The notes: generated by a model not told the origin, from the letters alone. A DNA stretch of 64,000 nucleotides from Tricharina praecox (GCF_024521635.1 NW_026250407.1:682001-746000), one strand, 5' to 3'; counted from the first letter of the stretch, positions 1 to 12,764 are shown. Numbers and translations: made by a program.

Positions 1-447
1 CGCAAAAGGCGCAGGACCGGTGACGGGCCCGCCCGCTACCACTACCGCCACCACCGCCAGCAGCAGCATTGTCCGCAATCCGCCGCGAAGGACTTCACGC
101 TTACGACAACAACAATAACGTCGACGTCATCGCACGCCAGAATTCGGGTACGCCTCGACGGCGAGGACACAGCTACTCAATCTCGATGGAGGAGTAGAGT
201 GGTTTCCGGCTACGACCGGCCGGATTGGACACAAAGAGATACGTGTGGCGGTGGCAGTAAAAATGGAAATAGCGAGTCGCTGCTGGCCAGGACTGTTCTG
301 CCGTTTCTTGGGAGGGCGGCGAGTACTAAGTCGTTTCATGCTGCGAGTGAGAATGAGAGTGTTGGGCTGATGAGAGTTGGTGCCCCGGATCGCGGTTTTG
401 GGCTTGGGTGTCGGTGGAGTAGGTTGTGGTTTTTTAGTCGGCGTTGA
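1..447 (+). CDS. Possible 3' end of a gene entering from the left (hypothetical)
   Basis: Frame +1 is open from base 1 to TGA at 445-447. No recognisable motif; a T-rich 3'-UTR-like stretch follows. Confidence 0.25.
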   Translation, partial: RKRRRTGDGPARYHYRHHRQQQHCPQSAAKDFTLTTTTITSTSSHARIRVRLDGEDTATQSRWRSRVVSGYDRPDWTQRDTCGGGSKNGNSESLLARTVLPFLGRAASTKSFHAASENESVGLMRVGAPDRGFGLGCRWSRLWFFSRR

Positions 448-694
448 TACTGGGCTTCGAGGCCGGTAGGTGTTGATTTTGATGTTGATGTTGGCGGTAT
501 GTTTTTTTTTGTGGCTCTGATGGGTGCAGGTACATATGGTGATGTATCCATCACTTTTTTTTTTCTTAATTGTTCGGTTCCACCTATTGTATATGCCCTC
601 GCAACTATTGCCCTCATGTACGGTAAGTAAGCATGTAAGTATCCGTCAAATCAGCTCGTGTCCACAGAAAATAGCAATCATGGTCAATCCCTCC

Positions 695-1647
695 CTAATC
701 AAGTGCAACCGGGACCGGAACAGCTCTCAAAGCCTGCTTGATACCCTTCTCAGACCTCTTGACCTTATCCATCCAGGATCCCTCGTTGCTGTACTCTCCA
801 TCGTCGTCCAGGTGGAGGTGCTTCTCAACCGATTCCTGTTCTTCCGAGGTGAGCTCGGAGAGAACCTGAATGGCGTCTTCCCCGTCGTTCTGCCAGCCGT
901 CGCCAAGGATGAGCTCGCGGTTCAACGCCGAAGAGATGGTGTTCTGGAGAGCGTTGTGCTTTTCAGTGAGCTCTTGCGCCATCGACATCATTGACTCTTG
1001 AAGCGTTTCCAGAGACTTGTTGCCAGCGAGGGCGTTCTCGAAAACAGCGTTGAGCTCCTCGTCCCACTCGCGAGAAGATTTCATGCTATGTACGGATGAC
1101 CAGTCAACACCTCGCACTTGCTATTGAGGGACATAAGTTGGTTTACATTTTCTCTTGGTGGGTCTTCCAGTCCTCGATGGTTTCTTGCACCACGGCCTCA
1201 GTTCTCTTCCTGAACTTCTCGGCGTGGTTCTTGGAAGCGACGGCAGTTTTCTTTAACTCCTTGACTGCAGTCCTATCAGCACTGGGTGCCCGAGTGATTG
1301 GTCTGGTCTAAACCTCATCGCGTACCCTTCTTCTCAATGACATCTCTGTTTTTGTTTTTCCGTCCTCTCGTTAGTCGACGGTCGATCTTGATACGGATGA
1401 TGCATGCACATGCTGGTTTAAGTTTATGGGGACGGAAATAAGAAAACATACAGAGTCTGCGACTCGGGTTCATCGCCATCTTGAAGAGACGGGGCGTAGT
1501 CGCTGCTACCGTCGGCCCTCTTGTCGCGGCTCTTGCGAGTCTTCTGCGATGGCTTGGTGACCCTGCCTTTTGCTACTCGCATCGATACCACGTTAGCAAC
1601 GGATTAAATGCAGCATCTGAGCGTGCCCCACCAGTATTGCCGGGCAT
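695..1647 (-). CDS. Orphan coiled-coil protein, 221 aa, 5 exons
   Basis: Exons 1647-1632, 1572-1452, 1345-1326, 1264-1147 and 1085-695 join via GT-AG introns to 666 nt in frame: MPGNTAKGRVTKPSQK...VKELKK...IEDWKTHQEKIMKSSREWDEEL...VPVALD. Confidence 0.7.
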
Positions 1648-2864
1648 TGTCGGACTGTCTGGTGGTGATGGTTTGGTCGTTGATTGGGGGGATATTGCGG
1701 GCCGGGCTGAGTGATTGGACGAGAGACGGAGCTGGGCCGTGTGATAGACAGTGAAGAATAGCGGCCGTTACGGAAAAGGTTACACGACGCTAACGGCTCG
1801 CCTCCGAAGATTTTCGTTCTTTTTTTTCTCTCAGTTCGTGCGCCGTCGGATAAGCCGAGTTGTCTGATTCGATAACTACGACACGATGACATCACCCCTC
1901 CCGCGCAAACGAACCGTCTTGGCGAGTTGATATAAAACTCGAAATTGAACTGCCTGCAGGGCAGGACGGCCGGCCACCGTTATCGATAGAGCAACCCCTC
2001 TCTCGAAGTCTCGGTCAGCCCCCTCAGCCACACTTTGATGAAGAAAAAAAAAGGCCCATGAAGAGAAAACACTGTAAATAGATAAAGCCCGCTCTGGCCG
2101 TGCTGCCCTGCAGAGTGCTTCGGAATGCAAATCTGGTTGCAATCAGTGTGATGAAGTACTGGTACAAAGTACATGCCCAAGTACTTTCTAACACACGTTC
2201 TCCTCGCTATACCATCGGTAGCTGCAGACCGAAACACAATCTGACCCGCCTACTGCAAGCCCCCGCCTCCCCGTAGAGTGGAAGCGGAGGTATACGGGGG
2301 CTCCAAAAGTTGCTCACCCGAAGGGGGGCGCTTGCGGCTTGCTTGCCTCCAGTCCATATCCCCCATTCGATGGTATTCGATGGGCAAATACGGAATGTGC
2401 AGGCGCCCCCGTTATCAGCAAAACTTCGCATGCAATACTTCCCATATCGACAGAAATTGTTTCCAATATCCAGGAACAACGCACAGAAAGCAAAGATGCC
2501 CCACCCCCCCCCCCCCCCCCCAAACAGTGTACGCAGTAATGGCCATGTATGGGATGTGCTCTAGGTGCTCTAGGTACTTGGGTATGTGCAGTGCAATGCC
2601 GTAGGGCTATCTACGTAGAGGTTAGTGGGTGCTTTCTTGCCGGCGTGCTATACGGTGCTAAGTCCGAGAGCTGCCCCTACCCCGCCGCCGCCAAAAACGT
2701 CACCTTGCTACCATTGCCCCGCCAGAGTCACGTCAATCCAACTCATCTATTCTTCAACCCCCCTCCCAGAGCTCCCTTTCCCCAATTCCCCCTCTCTCCA
2801 TCTACTCCATTGACTGTACAGAGCAACACACCTTCGGTATCGGCCAACCAAGTTCACTGCCGCA

Positions 2865-5800
2865 ATGGTTAAGCACGGAGAGCACGAGTACCTTTGCAGC
2901 GAGGAGAAGCGGTTGAAGGAGGACAAGGAGAGGAAGAAGTATTGGAAGAGATGGGGACCGTACCTCAGCGAGTGAGTTGTCCTCAGAAGTTGGGGGAAGA
3001 GAGAAATTGCTGGGTGTGCAGTGTCTAATGGATACAGACGTCAATGGGGAACCGTGAGAGAGGACTACTCGTAAGTTTGATACCTTCCATCGTCAACAAA
3101 CATACGAGCCTTTCTGACTACAAATTAGGGCCAACGGTGATGCCTGGGCACGTATGTTATTCGACGCCAGCACTCGAACCTTAACATCTCGGTACTGATC
3201 ACTGTGTGCAGACTTTCCTTTCGATCAGGCGAAATCTCGTACCTACCGCTGGGGTGAGGACGGTATTGCCGGTGTCTCCGATTCGCATGCGCTTCAATGC
3301 ATCTCCTTTGCGTTCTGGAACGAGAAAGAGTATGTAGCATCAATCGTTGCTTCATCATCAAAGTGAGGTGCTGATGGGCGGAACAGCGATATCTTGAAGG
3401 AGCGACTTTTCGGTCTGGCCAATCCCGAGGGAAACCATGGAGAATCCATCAAGGAGATCCACTACTACCTCGACAACACGCCCACGCACAGCTACATGAA
3501 GTATCTATACAAATATCCGCAGAAGAAGTTTCCATATGAAGAAATTCGTCAGGAGAGCAGGAATCGCGGCCGAGATGTGCCTGAATACAACATTCTGGAC
3601 ACCGGAGCCTTCGCGTGAGCTATCCCTTCCCGCGTTGTGGTCACCGATGCTGACAGCGATTCAGTGATGACCGCTACTGGGATATCTTTATCGAGACGGC
3701 AAAGGATACCGACGATGAGGAGGAGATTCTCTTCCGTGTCACGGCATACAACCGGGGTCCGGAGGCAGCACCTCTCCACATCATCCCACAGGTTACTTTC
3801 AGAAACACTTGGGCCTGGGGCCACGAGGGACCCGAGAAGAAGCCCAATATCAAGGCGGAAGGCGACTTCATCGCCAAAACAAAGCACTGGAAGCTCGGCG
3901 AACGTGTCGTCCAGCTATCACCGTCCCCCGGTGTCAGCCCGGAATCTTCGGATGTCATTCCCAAGTTGTTGTTCACGGACAACGATACCAACTATAAGGG
4001 CCTCTACGGTGTCGACAACAAGACTGACTTTGTCAAGGATGCGTTCCACCGCCACATCGTTGATGACGAGAAGGATGCTGTCAACCCAGCTCAGACCGGT
4101 ACTAAGGCGGGTGCGTGGTATGCCTTCGACGAGGGTGAGGGTGTGCCCCCGGGAGGGTGTGCGGTTGTTCGATTTAAGCTCTCCAGGAAGGTTGAGACCC
4201 GCCAGTTCGCGGACGAGAAAGGTGGTGTCCAGAATGAAATCGGCATCGACGAAGAGCTGTTCGACGATATGTTCGAGCTCCGGCGTTATGATGCGGATGA
4301 GTTCTACTGGCGCATCTCGCCCCTGCCAATGACCGATGATCTTAGAAATATCCAGAGACAGGCGTTCGCCGGTATGCTCTGGACCAAGCAGTTCTACCAC
4401 TTGATCTGGGATCAGTGGGCGAATGGTGACCCCACTCAACCGCCGCCACCCCCCGAGCGAAAGAAGATCAGGAACGACAAGTGGAGGCACATGTACTTGG
4501 ATGATATCCTCAGTATGCCGGATTGCTGGGAGTACCCCTTCTTTGCCGCGTGGGATACCGCGTTCCACTGCATTCCGCTTGCTATGATCGATCCCGATTT
4601 TGCGAAGAAGCAGTTGGATGTGTTGACCAGAGAGTGGTACATGCATCCCAATGGTCAGATTCCGGCGTACGAGTGGAACTACGGAGACGTGAATCCGCCA
4701 GTTCATGCTTGGGCCACTTTCAGAATCTTCAAGATTGAGCGCAAGATGTACGGTCACGAGGATCTCGATTTCTTGGAGCGTGTTTTCCAGAAGCTCTTGC
4801 TCAATTTTACCTGGTGAGAATCTACTCCGTTGGTCCCAATTTCTCAAGCTGATTATTTCAGGTGGGTCAACCGCAAGGACTCTGACGGAAACAACGTTTT
4901 CGAGGGTGGTTTCCTCGGTCTCGACAACATTGGTGTCTTTAACCGTTCCGAAGCGCTCCCTGGTGGTGGTACTCTGGAGCAGGCTGACTCCACTGGATGG
5001 ATGGCCTTCTACTCGCTGAACATGTTGAACATTGCTCTCGAGCTGGCCAAGCATCGCCGCATTTACGAGGACATTGCAAGCAAGTTCTTCGAGCACTTCA
5101 TCTTCATCAGTGATGCCATGACCTACCGCGATGGCGAGAAAGAGAAGAGTCTGTGGAACGACAAAGATGGGTATGAAATCATGGCATCGTGAGCATATAT
5201 CGGACAAGAGGCTAACGAGGGTAATAGTTTCTACTACGATGCCATCTCCCGCGGCAGCGAATATTCTCAGCAGATGCCCGTGAAATCGCTCGTCGGATTG
5301 ATTCCGCTGTTCGCGGTTCTCACCCTCGAGCCGCAAACTCTCCAGAAGTTCCCAGAATTCACTAAGCGCCTCGACTGGTTCATCGAGAACAGGAACGATG
5401 TTGCGGAGCGAAACATTGCCAGTATGCGGAGACGTGGAAAGGGTGACAGACTATTGCTTGCCCTCGTCAGCAAAGACAGACTTAAGAGAATCCTGGAGAA
5501 GATGTTGGATGAGGATGAGTTCCTGAGTCCATATGGAATCCGGTCGCTCTCGAAGTACCACGACAAGAACCCATACTCCATCAACGTTGAGGGTCGCGAT
5601 TTCACGGTCGACTACGTTCCCGGAGATTCCAATAGTTCCATGTTCGGAGGAAACAGTAACTGGCGTGGTGTAAGTACTCCGTAGCCCCAGCCAAAGAAAC
5701 GAGCGACTAATTATTTGCAACAGCCCATCTGGCTCTGTGTCAACTTCCTCCTGATCGAATCTCTGTTGCGCTTCCACATGTTTTACGGAAGTAAATTCCA

Positions 5801-6392
5801 GGTCGAGTGTCCCACCGGGTCAGGAGACTTCATGCATCTGGGCCAAGTCGCGGAAGAGCTTCAGCACCGTCTGCAGCATATCTTTGCCCGTGACGACTTT
5901 GGTCGCCGTGCCTGTAACGCTGGAAGCGAAATGCTCGACCACGACCCCAACTGGCGCGAGTACGTCTTTTTCCACGAGTTCTTCCATGGAGACACTGGAA
6001 GCGGTCTCGGTGCGTCCCACCAGACCGGATGGACCGGATTGATCGCAAAGATGATCCACGACTCCGGTGTGAACTGTCGTCTGCCGCATACGCCCCGTAC
6101 TCCCGGCGCCGCTGCTAACCACTACTTCGACGACATTTTCTCACGGGTTACTAAGAAGCCCCGTCCGTACATGGGCCGTCGCCACAGCACGGCGAGGAGC
6201 ATCGACGCCAGGAGCGATATCAACGAGGAGGAAGATGAGGAGGAGCGCAAGGCTAGGGAGCGTGACGACCAGGAGGTGCTGCAGTACGTCAACAACCGCC
6301 TCAAGCGTGTCATGAGTGTCAGCGGCAAGAGCGAAGCTGGTGACACCGTCGGCTCCGAGGATGAGTTTGAGGAGCAACTAGATGAGGCGTAA
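2865..6392 (+). CDS. Glycoside hydrolase family 63-like protein (yeast YMR196W-like), multi-exon
   Basis: Motifs [75 protein letters not shown] and [23 protein letters not shown]; canonical introns. Confidence 0.92.
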
Positions 6393-6666
6393 ACTGTTTG
6401 ATAAGTGGGGGTTGCGTATTTGGTGTTGCAATTGATTTTTTTCTGTATCTTTTTCCATCTGCAATTTATTCGATACATTTCCTAAGGACTCGGGAAGGAA
6501 GGAATTAAGGCCATGTACGTGAACCGTGACTTCGAGTGCCCATTCGTGATTTCTGCTCGTGCTTGGCACACGCGGCTCTTGCATATACGCACCAAACCAG
6601 CAGCCTACATACCATGCTCCACCAGCTCCCCAAAATGTGAACATTCAACACCACCACACCACAATC

Positions 6667-7301
6667 ATGACCGACGCCACGCGCCTCAAATCGACCATTT
6701 ACATTGGTATCTTCCCCCCCCTCTCTCCTTCTCTCCCCCCTCCCATCCACTGACGCCAGCTCCCCAGGTGGCCTCGACAACTCCATCACCAAACCCCTCC
6801 TACACGCGGCGTTCCTGCCCTTCGGCGAGATCGTGGAGGTGAACCTGCCAGGAAGCGAGAACGAGCGCGGAGGAGGAGGACACAGGGGGTTCGGCTACGT
6901 CGAGTACGAGAGCGCAGATGATGCCGCCGCCGCTATAGATAATATGGACCAGGCTACGCTCGCCGGAAGGACCCTGAGCGTCGCCATCGCGAAGCCGCAG
7001 ACGAAGGAGGTGGGTAATGTACTCGGTAGTAAGGTCGCGGTTTGGGAGCAGGTATGTGCTATCTTTCTGGGAAGGGGGCGAAGGGGCGGGGTTTGGGGGG
7101 GAAGGGGAGGGGGAAGGGGGTTGAGGGCAGAGCTGATAAGTCGCGGGATCACAGGAGGATTGGATCAGAAAGTATGAAGTCTCTGACGAGGACCGGGCGG
7201 CCGCGGACGCGGCGAAGGCGGAGGCTATGGCTAAGGCTGTGGATCCGATGCAGGGCTTGGAGGGGCTGGATCTTGCTGGGCCGAAGCCGGCGAGCGAGTG
7301 A
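6667..7301 (+). CDS. Cyclophilin E (PPIE)-like RRM protein without a PPIase domain, 3 exons
   Basis: KSTIYIG|GLD...LHAAFLPFGEIVEV...HRGFGYVEYE...AAIDNMDQ gives RNP2/RNP1 of PPIE type. Introns at ~6707-6767 and ~7052-7154. Confidence 0.85.
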
Positions 7302-7605
7302 ACGGGCTGGCGAGCGGGTGGGCAGGGCAGAACGGGGGATGGCTCAGGTTTGGGTTGGGGGCGGCGGGTTTAGAACTCATGGGATCCCGATGGCGCGGTC
7401 AGATACCTATGCAAACATGATGCTATTGGACATATACAACTGAAACAGCCAAAACAACGAGAACAGTTCACGGCAAGAATAGAAGTTATTGTTCGGAACA
7501 AAACTACAATGAAAACTAGCATGCCCTTCCCTCCTCCTCCTCCTCCTCCTCCAGTGCTGCAGACCTCCGACCGGATATCATTACATGTGATTCGGAAGTG
7601 CGCGC

Positions 7606-8157
7606 TTAGTGCTGGTCGCGCGAGGAGCGGTTGAGACGGAGGGTCTTGTCGACGAAGAACTTGCGCGACATGGAGTATCCGGCCACTATTGCTCCGCGTT
7701 AGACATGTCGGGAAGGGGAAGGCGAGTGAGACTCACTGGCGAGGGCAGCGCTGTGAACCGCGGAGAGCGAAGGTTAGTTGCTTATACTGTAGATCATGAA
7801 TTGTGGACTGCAACGTCGACGTACCCAACGACGATACCTGTGAATTCGTTCGTTAGCCACAGTCGATCACTCCCAGCCGGTCGGCGACAGCGGAAACATA
7901 CCAATGGGGAACAACTCCGGGGGAATCTTCTTGAGCTGGCGGATCCGCTGGGTGATGGTGTGCGCTGCAATCGCCAATCCTCAATCAGTCTTCTGTTGCT
8001 CGACGAAAACCGGGTATCTCGAGCGTCGTCGTCGGGGTAGTTATCGTACCACTCTGTTCCTGCTTCTATTGCCGATTGTCAGTTTTTTCCATTCATTCAC
8101 TCCTTCCTTCCGGTGATGGTGGTGACGATTGGGGGTGTGACATACGGGCATCGGCAT
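7606..8157 (-). CDS. NDUFA4/COXFA4 (MLRQ subunit)-like small mitochondrial membrane protein, 65 aa, 6 exons
   Basis: Exons 8157-8146, 8065-8050, 7964-7902, 7837-7825, 7750-7737 and 7685-7606 (198 nt) give MPMPKQEQSAHTITQRIRQLKKIPPELFPIGIVVGAALAMAGYSMSRKFFVDKTLRLNRSSRDQH. PEL-P motif followed by one TM helix. Confidence 0.8.
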
Positions 8158-8481
8158 GGTGGGCAATTTCTTGTGTGTATGAGCGGAGAGTTTCTTGTGA
8201 CGATCGATGGGGGACGGAACAGCGAGAGAGGGTATGCTGATAGCCGGCTGGGCCTTTGGGGCGATGGGGGGTATTCTGGCGCCACTAACCGATTAACGTC
8301 ACTTGCCAAGAAGTTCACCCGGCTGTGAAACTAAAGTTTCTGGCAATTTTTTTTATGTTGCAGACTGAAGAAGAAGCTTGTGTGTAAGGCAAGGTGGGAT
8401 ATCAGACCTACCATTACAGCGACTTCACCACCACCGAAACCCACCACCAACTCGCCCAGCCACCACAAAGACTCGCCCACC

Positions 8482-10872
8482 ATGAGCGACACAATGAAGC
8501 GCAAGCGCGCGGGCCTGCAGAAGCTGCACAATCTGTAAATATATCCAACTCATTCAGCAGCAATTTTGCGCAAAAAAAACCCCCAAAAAACTCTAATGCG
8601 CAAATTCGCAGGCCGATGCTCCAAAACCTGATCCGCCGCGACCCACCCTCATACCGCGAGGAGTTCCTGCGGCAGCATGGGCACTACGAATCGCAGCGCC
8701 TAATCTTCATCTCGCAGCCGACGGCGGCCAATACCGAGGCGTTCACGGAGCTAATCGGATTCATGTCCGCGGTCGCCTCCTCGTACCCCGACATTACCTC
8801 GACCTTTGCCGACGACCTGGCGCAATTGCTGCTGAAGAACCATGGATCGCTCGACCATGACCTACGCGCAAAGATTGTCCAGTCCCTCGTTCTCATGCGG
8901 AATAAGGATGTCATCACTTCTTCGGCGCTGCTGCAGACGCTGTTCCCAGTCCTCACTACCACCACGAGTAAACAGCTGCGCGGTCAGATCTACAAGTCGG
9001 TGGTCACAGATCTGAAAAATTCGAACAACAAGACGAAAAACCATAAGCTGAATAAAGCTGTCCAGGCAGTCCTGTTTGAGCTGGTCGAGGCGGGCAAGGA
9101 GGATCATACGTCCACTGCGGGCCTGTGGGCGGTCAAGCTGACGAGAGAGCTATGGAAGCGTGGTGTGTGGGATGATGCTCGGACGGTCGAGATCATGAAG
9201 GAGGCATCGTTGAGTGCCAATCAGAAGGTCATGAGCGGTGGTATCAGATTCTTCTTGGGCGTGGATCAGGAGAGGGAGGACCTGGAGAATGAGAGTGAGG
9301 ACGAGACTGTGGATTTGGGACGGGTGAAGCATCAGATGCAAATCAACAAGAAGAAGGGAAATTCGTGGAAGAAACTGGAGAAAGCGCAGATGCAGCTGAA
9401 GAAGGTGCGTCCACATTCTCACCCTCTTGACGATAAATGGCCTCTAATGACCACAAACAGAAAGAGAAAAACAAGCTTAAGCCACACCCCCTCAACTTCT
9501 CCGCCCTTCACCTTCTCCATGACCCGCAAGGTTTCGCCGACCTTCTGTTCTCCAAGCACCTCTCGCGCAACAACAAGCTCACCCTGGAGCAAAAAATCCT
9601 GGTCCTACAACTAGTCTCGCGTCTCGTGGGACTGCACAAGCTCAGCGTACTAGGCCTATACTCGCACCTCCTCAAATACCTGACCCCCCGCCAGCGGGAC
9701 GTAACACAAATCCTGATCGTGGCGGCCCAAGCCACGCACGATCTGGTGCCGCCGGACTGTTTGGAACCGATCGTGCGGAAGATCGCGGTCGAGTTCGTGT
9801 CGGAGGGAGTAGCGGGCGAGGTCGCAACCGCGGGGTTAAATGCCATCCGCGAGATCTGTGCGCGTGCGCCGCTGGCTATGGACTCTACGCTCCTCCAGGA
9901 TCTGGTCGAGTACAAGGGCTCGAAAGATAAGGGTGTCATGATGGCGGCCCGCTCGCTCATCACCCTGTATAGAGAGGTGGCGCCAGAGATGCTGAAGCGC
10001 AAGGACCGCGGGAAGGTCGCGAGCATGGGAATGGCTGAGCACACTACGCTGCGGTATGGTCAGGAACAGGAGGGTACCATCGAGGGTCTCGACCTGCTGG
10101 AAGCGTGGAAGGAAGAGCAGAAGGCCGCCAAGCGGGCGGAGCTTGGCTTGGATACAGACGACGAGGACGAGGAAGAGGGCGAAGAGGATGCCTGGGCCAA
10201 GTGGGAGGTTGAGGACGACTCCAGCGACGACGAGGACGGTGCTGGTTGGGTCAATGTCGAGAGCGACGGCGAGGACATCAATATCAGCGACAGTGAGGAC
10301 GAGGGCGAGCCGAGAAAGCAGAAGAAGAAGGTCAAGCTTTCTGGTGATGATGACGATGAGGCGGTGAAACCCGAGGCTGTCAAGACGGAGGAGAAGAAGC
10401 TCTCGATGCTCGCTACGACGAAGATCCTTACGCCCGCAGACTTTGCGAAGCTGGAGGAGCTGCGGCAGGCCGCTGGACTCGCGAAGATCATGGGCAAGAA
10501 GCTGACGTACGCACACGCACACTCCCTTACTCCACCTTCCATCTACATGATTGCTAACTAACCCAACCAAACAGTCACGAAGACGCCGTCGAGAAGAACA
10601 TGATCGAAGGCCGGCTCCGGCGCGGCAAGTCCGACAAGGACGCGCGCGTAGAGGCAGTGATGGAGGGCCGCGAAGGGCGAGAAAAATACTCATCCAACCG
10701 CGGGAAAAAGCTGGGCGAGAAGCCGCACTCCACCACCAACAGGGAGAAGTCGCGGAAAAAGAACTTCCTCATGACGCTCAGAAAACATAAGAGTGGCCAG
10801 AAGATGAAGCTGGTCGAGACGAGACGACTGCTCAAGGAGAGTAAGGATAAGCGCCAGGGAAAGAAGAGGTAG
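8482..10872 (+). CDS. SDA1: SDA1, 60S ribosome biogenesis/export factor
   Basis: [34 protein letters not shown], acidic tract, [28 protein letters not shown]. Confidence 0.95.
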
Positions 10873-11469
10873 TGGGTGAGTCTTTACATATATGTCTCGG
10901 CCGTATGTAAATGTATACATAGTCGAACGGGCGATCTGCAGTGCGGCCGGCCGGCAGTAATTCACGCGGGAAAAGAGAGAATACCTTACTATCATTGTCA
11001 CCGAGTGATGACAGTGCATGCCATGTAACCAGCCCCCATCGGGCCTCCAGCAACGTGAATAGATTATGTATGCTCAATCCAATCGGCTCAATCACCACAT
11101 CCGACTTACTCTACTCTAGATCTCCCCGCAATTGCAGCCCAGCACACCCACGCAAACTGATTCCTCCATCTTTATTTCCTGGCTGGATATAACTCCGCGA
11201 TGAGCACACGCCGCACTCAGCCCCCCAGCCCCCCGTGCGCAGGAGGAAAGAAAGAAAAAATACCCACACACTCGTATCCTCCCGTCCCAGCGTTCGCAAT
11301 AGGTATTTGGGTATGTGGAGCGCACAACATGAGCGGCAGCTACCAGGTAGAAGTATGTAGAGTACCAAGTATGTACCAAGTATGCTTATCATGTTCCTAA
11401 GCATGTTCCTAAGCATGTTCTGAATTGTGTACCTAATTATGTACCTACGAGGCTACGAACGTGCCACGC

Positions 11470-11525
11470 CCAAGCTCAAACCCAAGCCCAAGCTCAAGTT
11501 CAAGCTCGAGCTCGAGCTCGAGCTT
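11470..11525. repeat. Degenerate hexamer repeat (AAGCYC)n/(GAGCTC)n
   Basis: caagctcaaacccaag...caagctcaagttcaagctcgagctcgagctcgagctt. Confidence 0.75.
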
Positions 11526-11774
11526 CGCCTCCACCGGAGTTCGGGGGGCTGAAGTTACTCTGCTCTATACATTCTGTTCTATGTAGATACTCTACTCTGC
11601 TCTAATCTGCCCTAACTCCACCCTAGAGAGTCCTAGACCTAATCATTCTTACCTAACCATTCTTACCGAGCGGCGAGCGGCGAGGACGAGGACGAGGACT
11701 GGGCCAGGACTGAGCCGGGCCGGGCTGGGGCCGGGGGGGGGGGGCTAACGTTGACTCGTTGTGGACTGGTACAT

Positions 11775-11810
11775 ACTGGGACTGGGAGTGGGACTGGGGG
11801 TGGACTGGGG
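11775..11810 (+). repeat. (ACTGGG)-type repeat, potential G-quadruplex
   Basis: actggg actggg agtggg actggggg tggactgggg: five G>=3 tracts with short loops. Confidence 0.7.
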
Positions 11811-12610
11811 CTCGTTGTAAACTGGCACCGGGACTGGACTATGACGGAACTGCACTGGTTTGGGAGACTGGAACTGGCCTGTGGGCCTGCGAGTGGAGGC
11901 TGGTCGACGGGGCTCACCGGAAATACTTGCTAGTACCTATTCTACCTGCTCTACCTATTCTCCTCCGGCACACACATACACACACACGAGTGCTCTTGGA
12001 ACCATACGAGCTCTTGGAACCCCCTCTGTGTGTACAGTGCGAATGCTCCCAACGATGGGTGCAACTACAACAGCAATTGCAACAGCAACTGGGCACTGAG
12101 AATGGACATTGAACGGGGGGAGATGTAATACGGACTGATAATGGTTACGCAGAAACACTGCATCTTCCGCCTGTCTTCCGTTTGTCTGTCTGCCAGTCTA
12201 GGCAACCGTGCGCCGCAGCAGCCTTGCCTTGCTCCAACTCCAAGCGACTCACTCCCCTCACGACTCACTCGAGACATACATATCCGCCCGGCATCAGCGG
12301 AAGTGACGTATTATGTAGGTATGTTTTTTCGATGATGATCCGGGGGTATGTAGAGTACCGGTACCGGTAATATCTCCAGTTCTCAAGTTAAGTTCTCAAC
12401 TTCTAGACCTCCAAGCCCCCCCTCCCCCACCACAACCACCACCACCATAATGGGTATATTTACACAATCGTCCCTTGTCCCTTGTCATCTAGTGCAAAAG
12501 CATATAGAAAACTCCAGTTCCCTTAAAAGCACCAGCAACCAGCAACCAGCAAAACTCCCGTCCGTCCCACCGTCCCGTTCCCAAGCCAAAAAAACGAAAG
12601 AAGAAAGAAA

Positions 12611-12690
12611 AAGAAAAGAAAAGAAAAGAAAAGAAAAGAAAAGAAAAGAAAAGAAAAGAAAAGAAAAGAAAAGAAAAGAAAAGAAAAGAA
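12611..12690. repeat. (AAGAA)16 pentanucleotide microsatellite
   Basis: Perfect 80-nt array read directly. Confidence 0.98.
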
Positions 12691-12764
12691 ATAGGTATAC
12701 TACAACAGGGGTAGATAAAAGCTCATAAGAAAAAAAAAAATTTTAAGATGAGAATGCATAGTGA

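Noticed and set aside
3147..3157. Apparent GC donor in the GH63 gene (TGG|GCACGT)
   Set aside because: A canonical GTATGT donor 4 nt downstream gives the correct phase (DAWAHFPF).
3918..5336. 472-aa antisense ORF inside the GH63 gene
   Set aside because: It shadows the sense frame of a codon-biased gene and has no recognisable domain.
12450..12728. ORF with KEKKR repeats
   Set aside because: Translation of the (AAGAA)n microsatellite.
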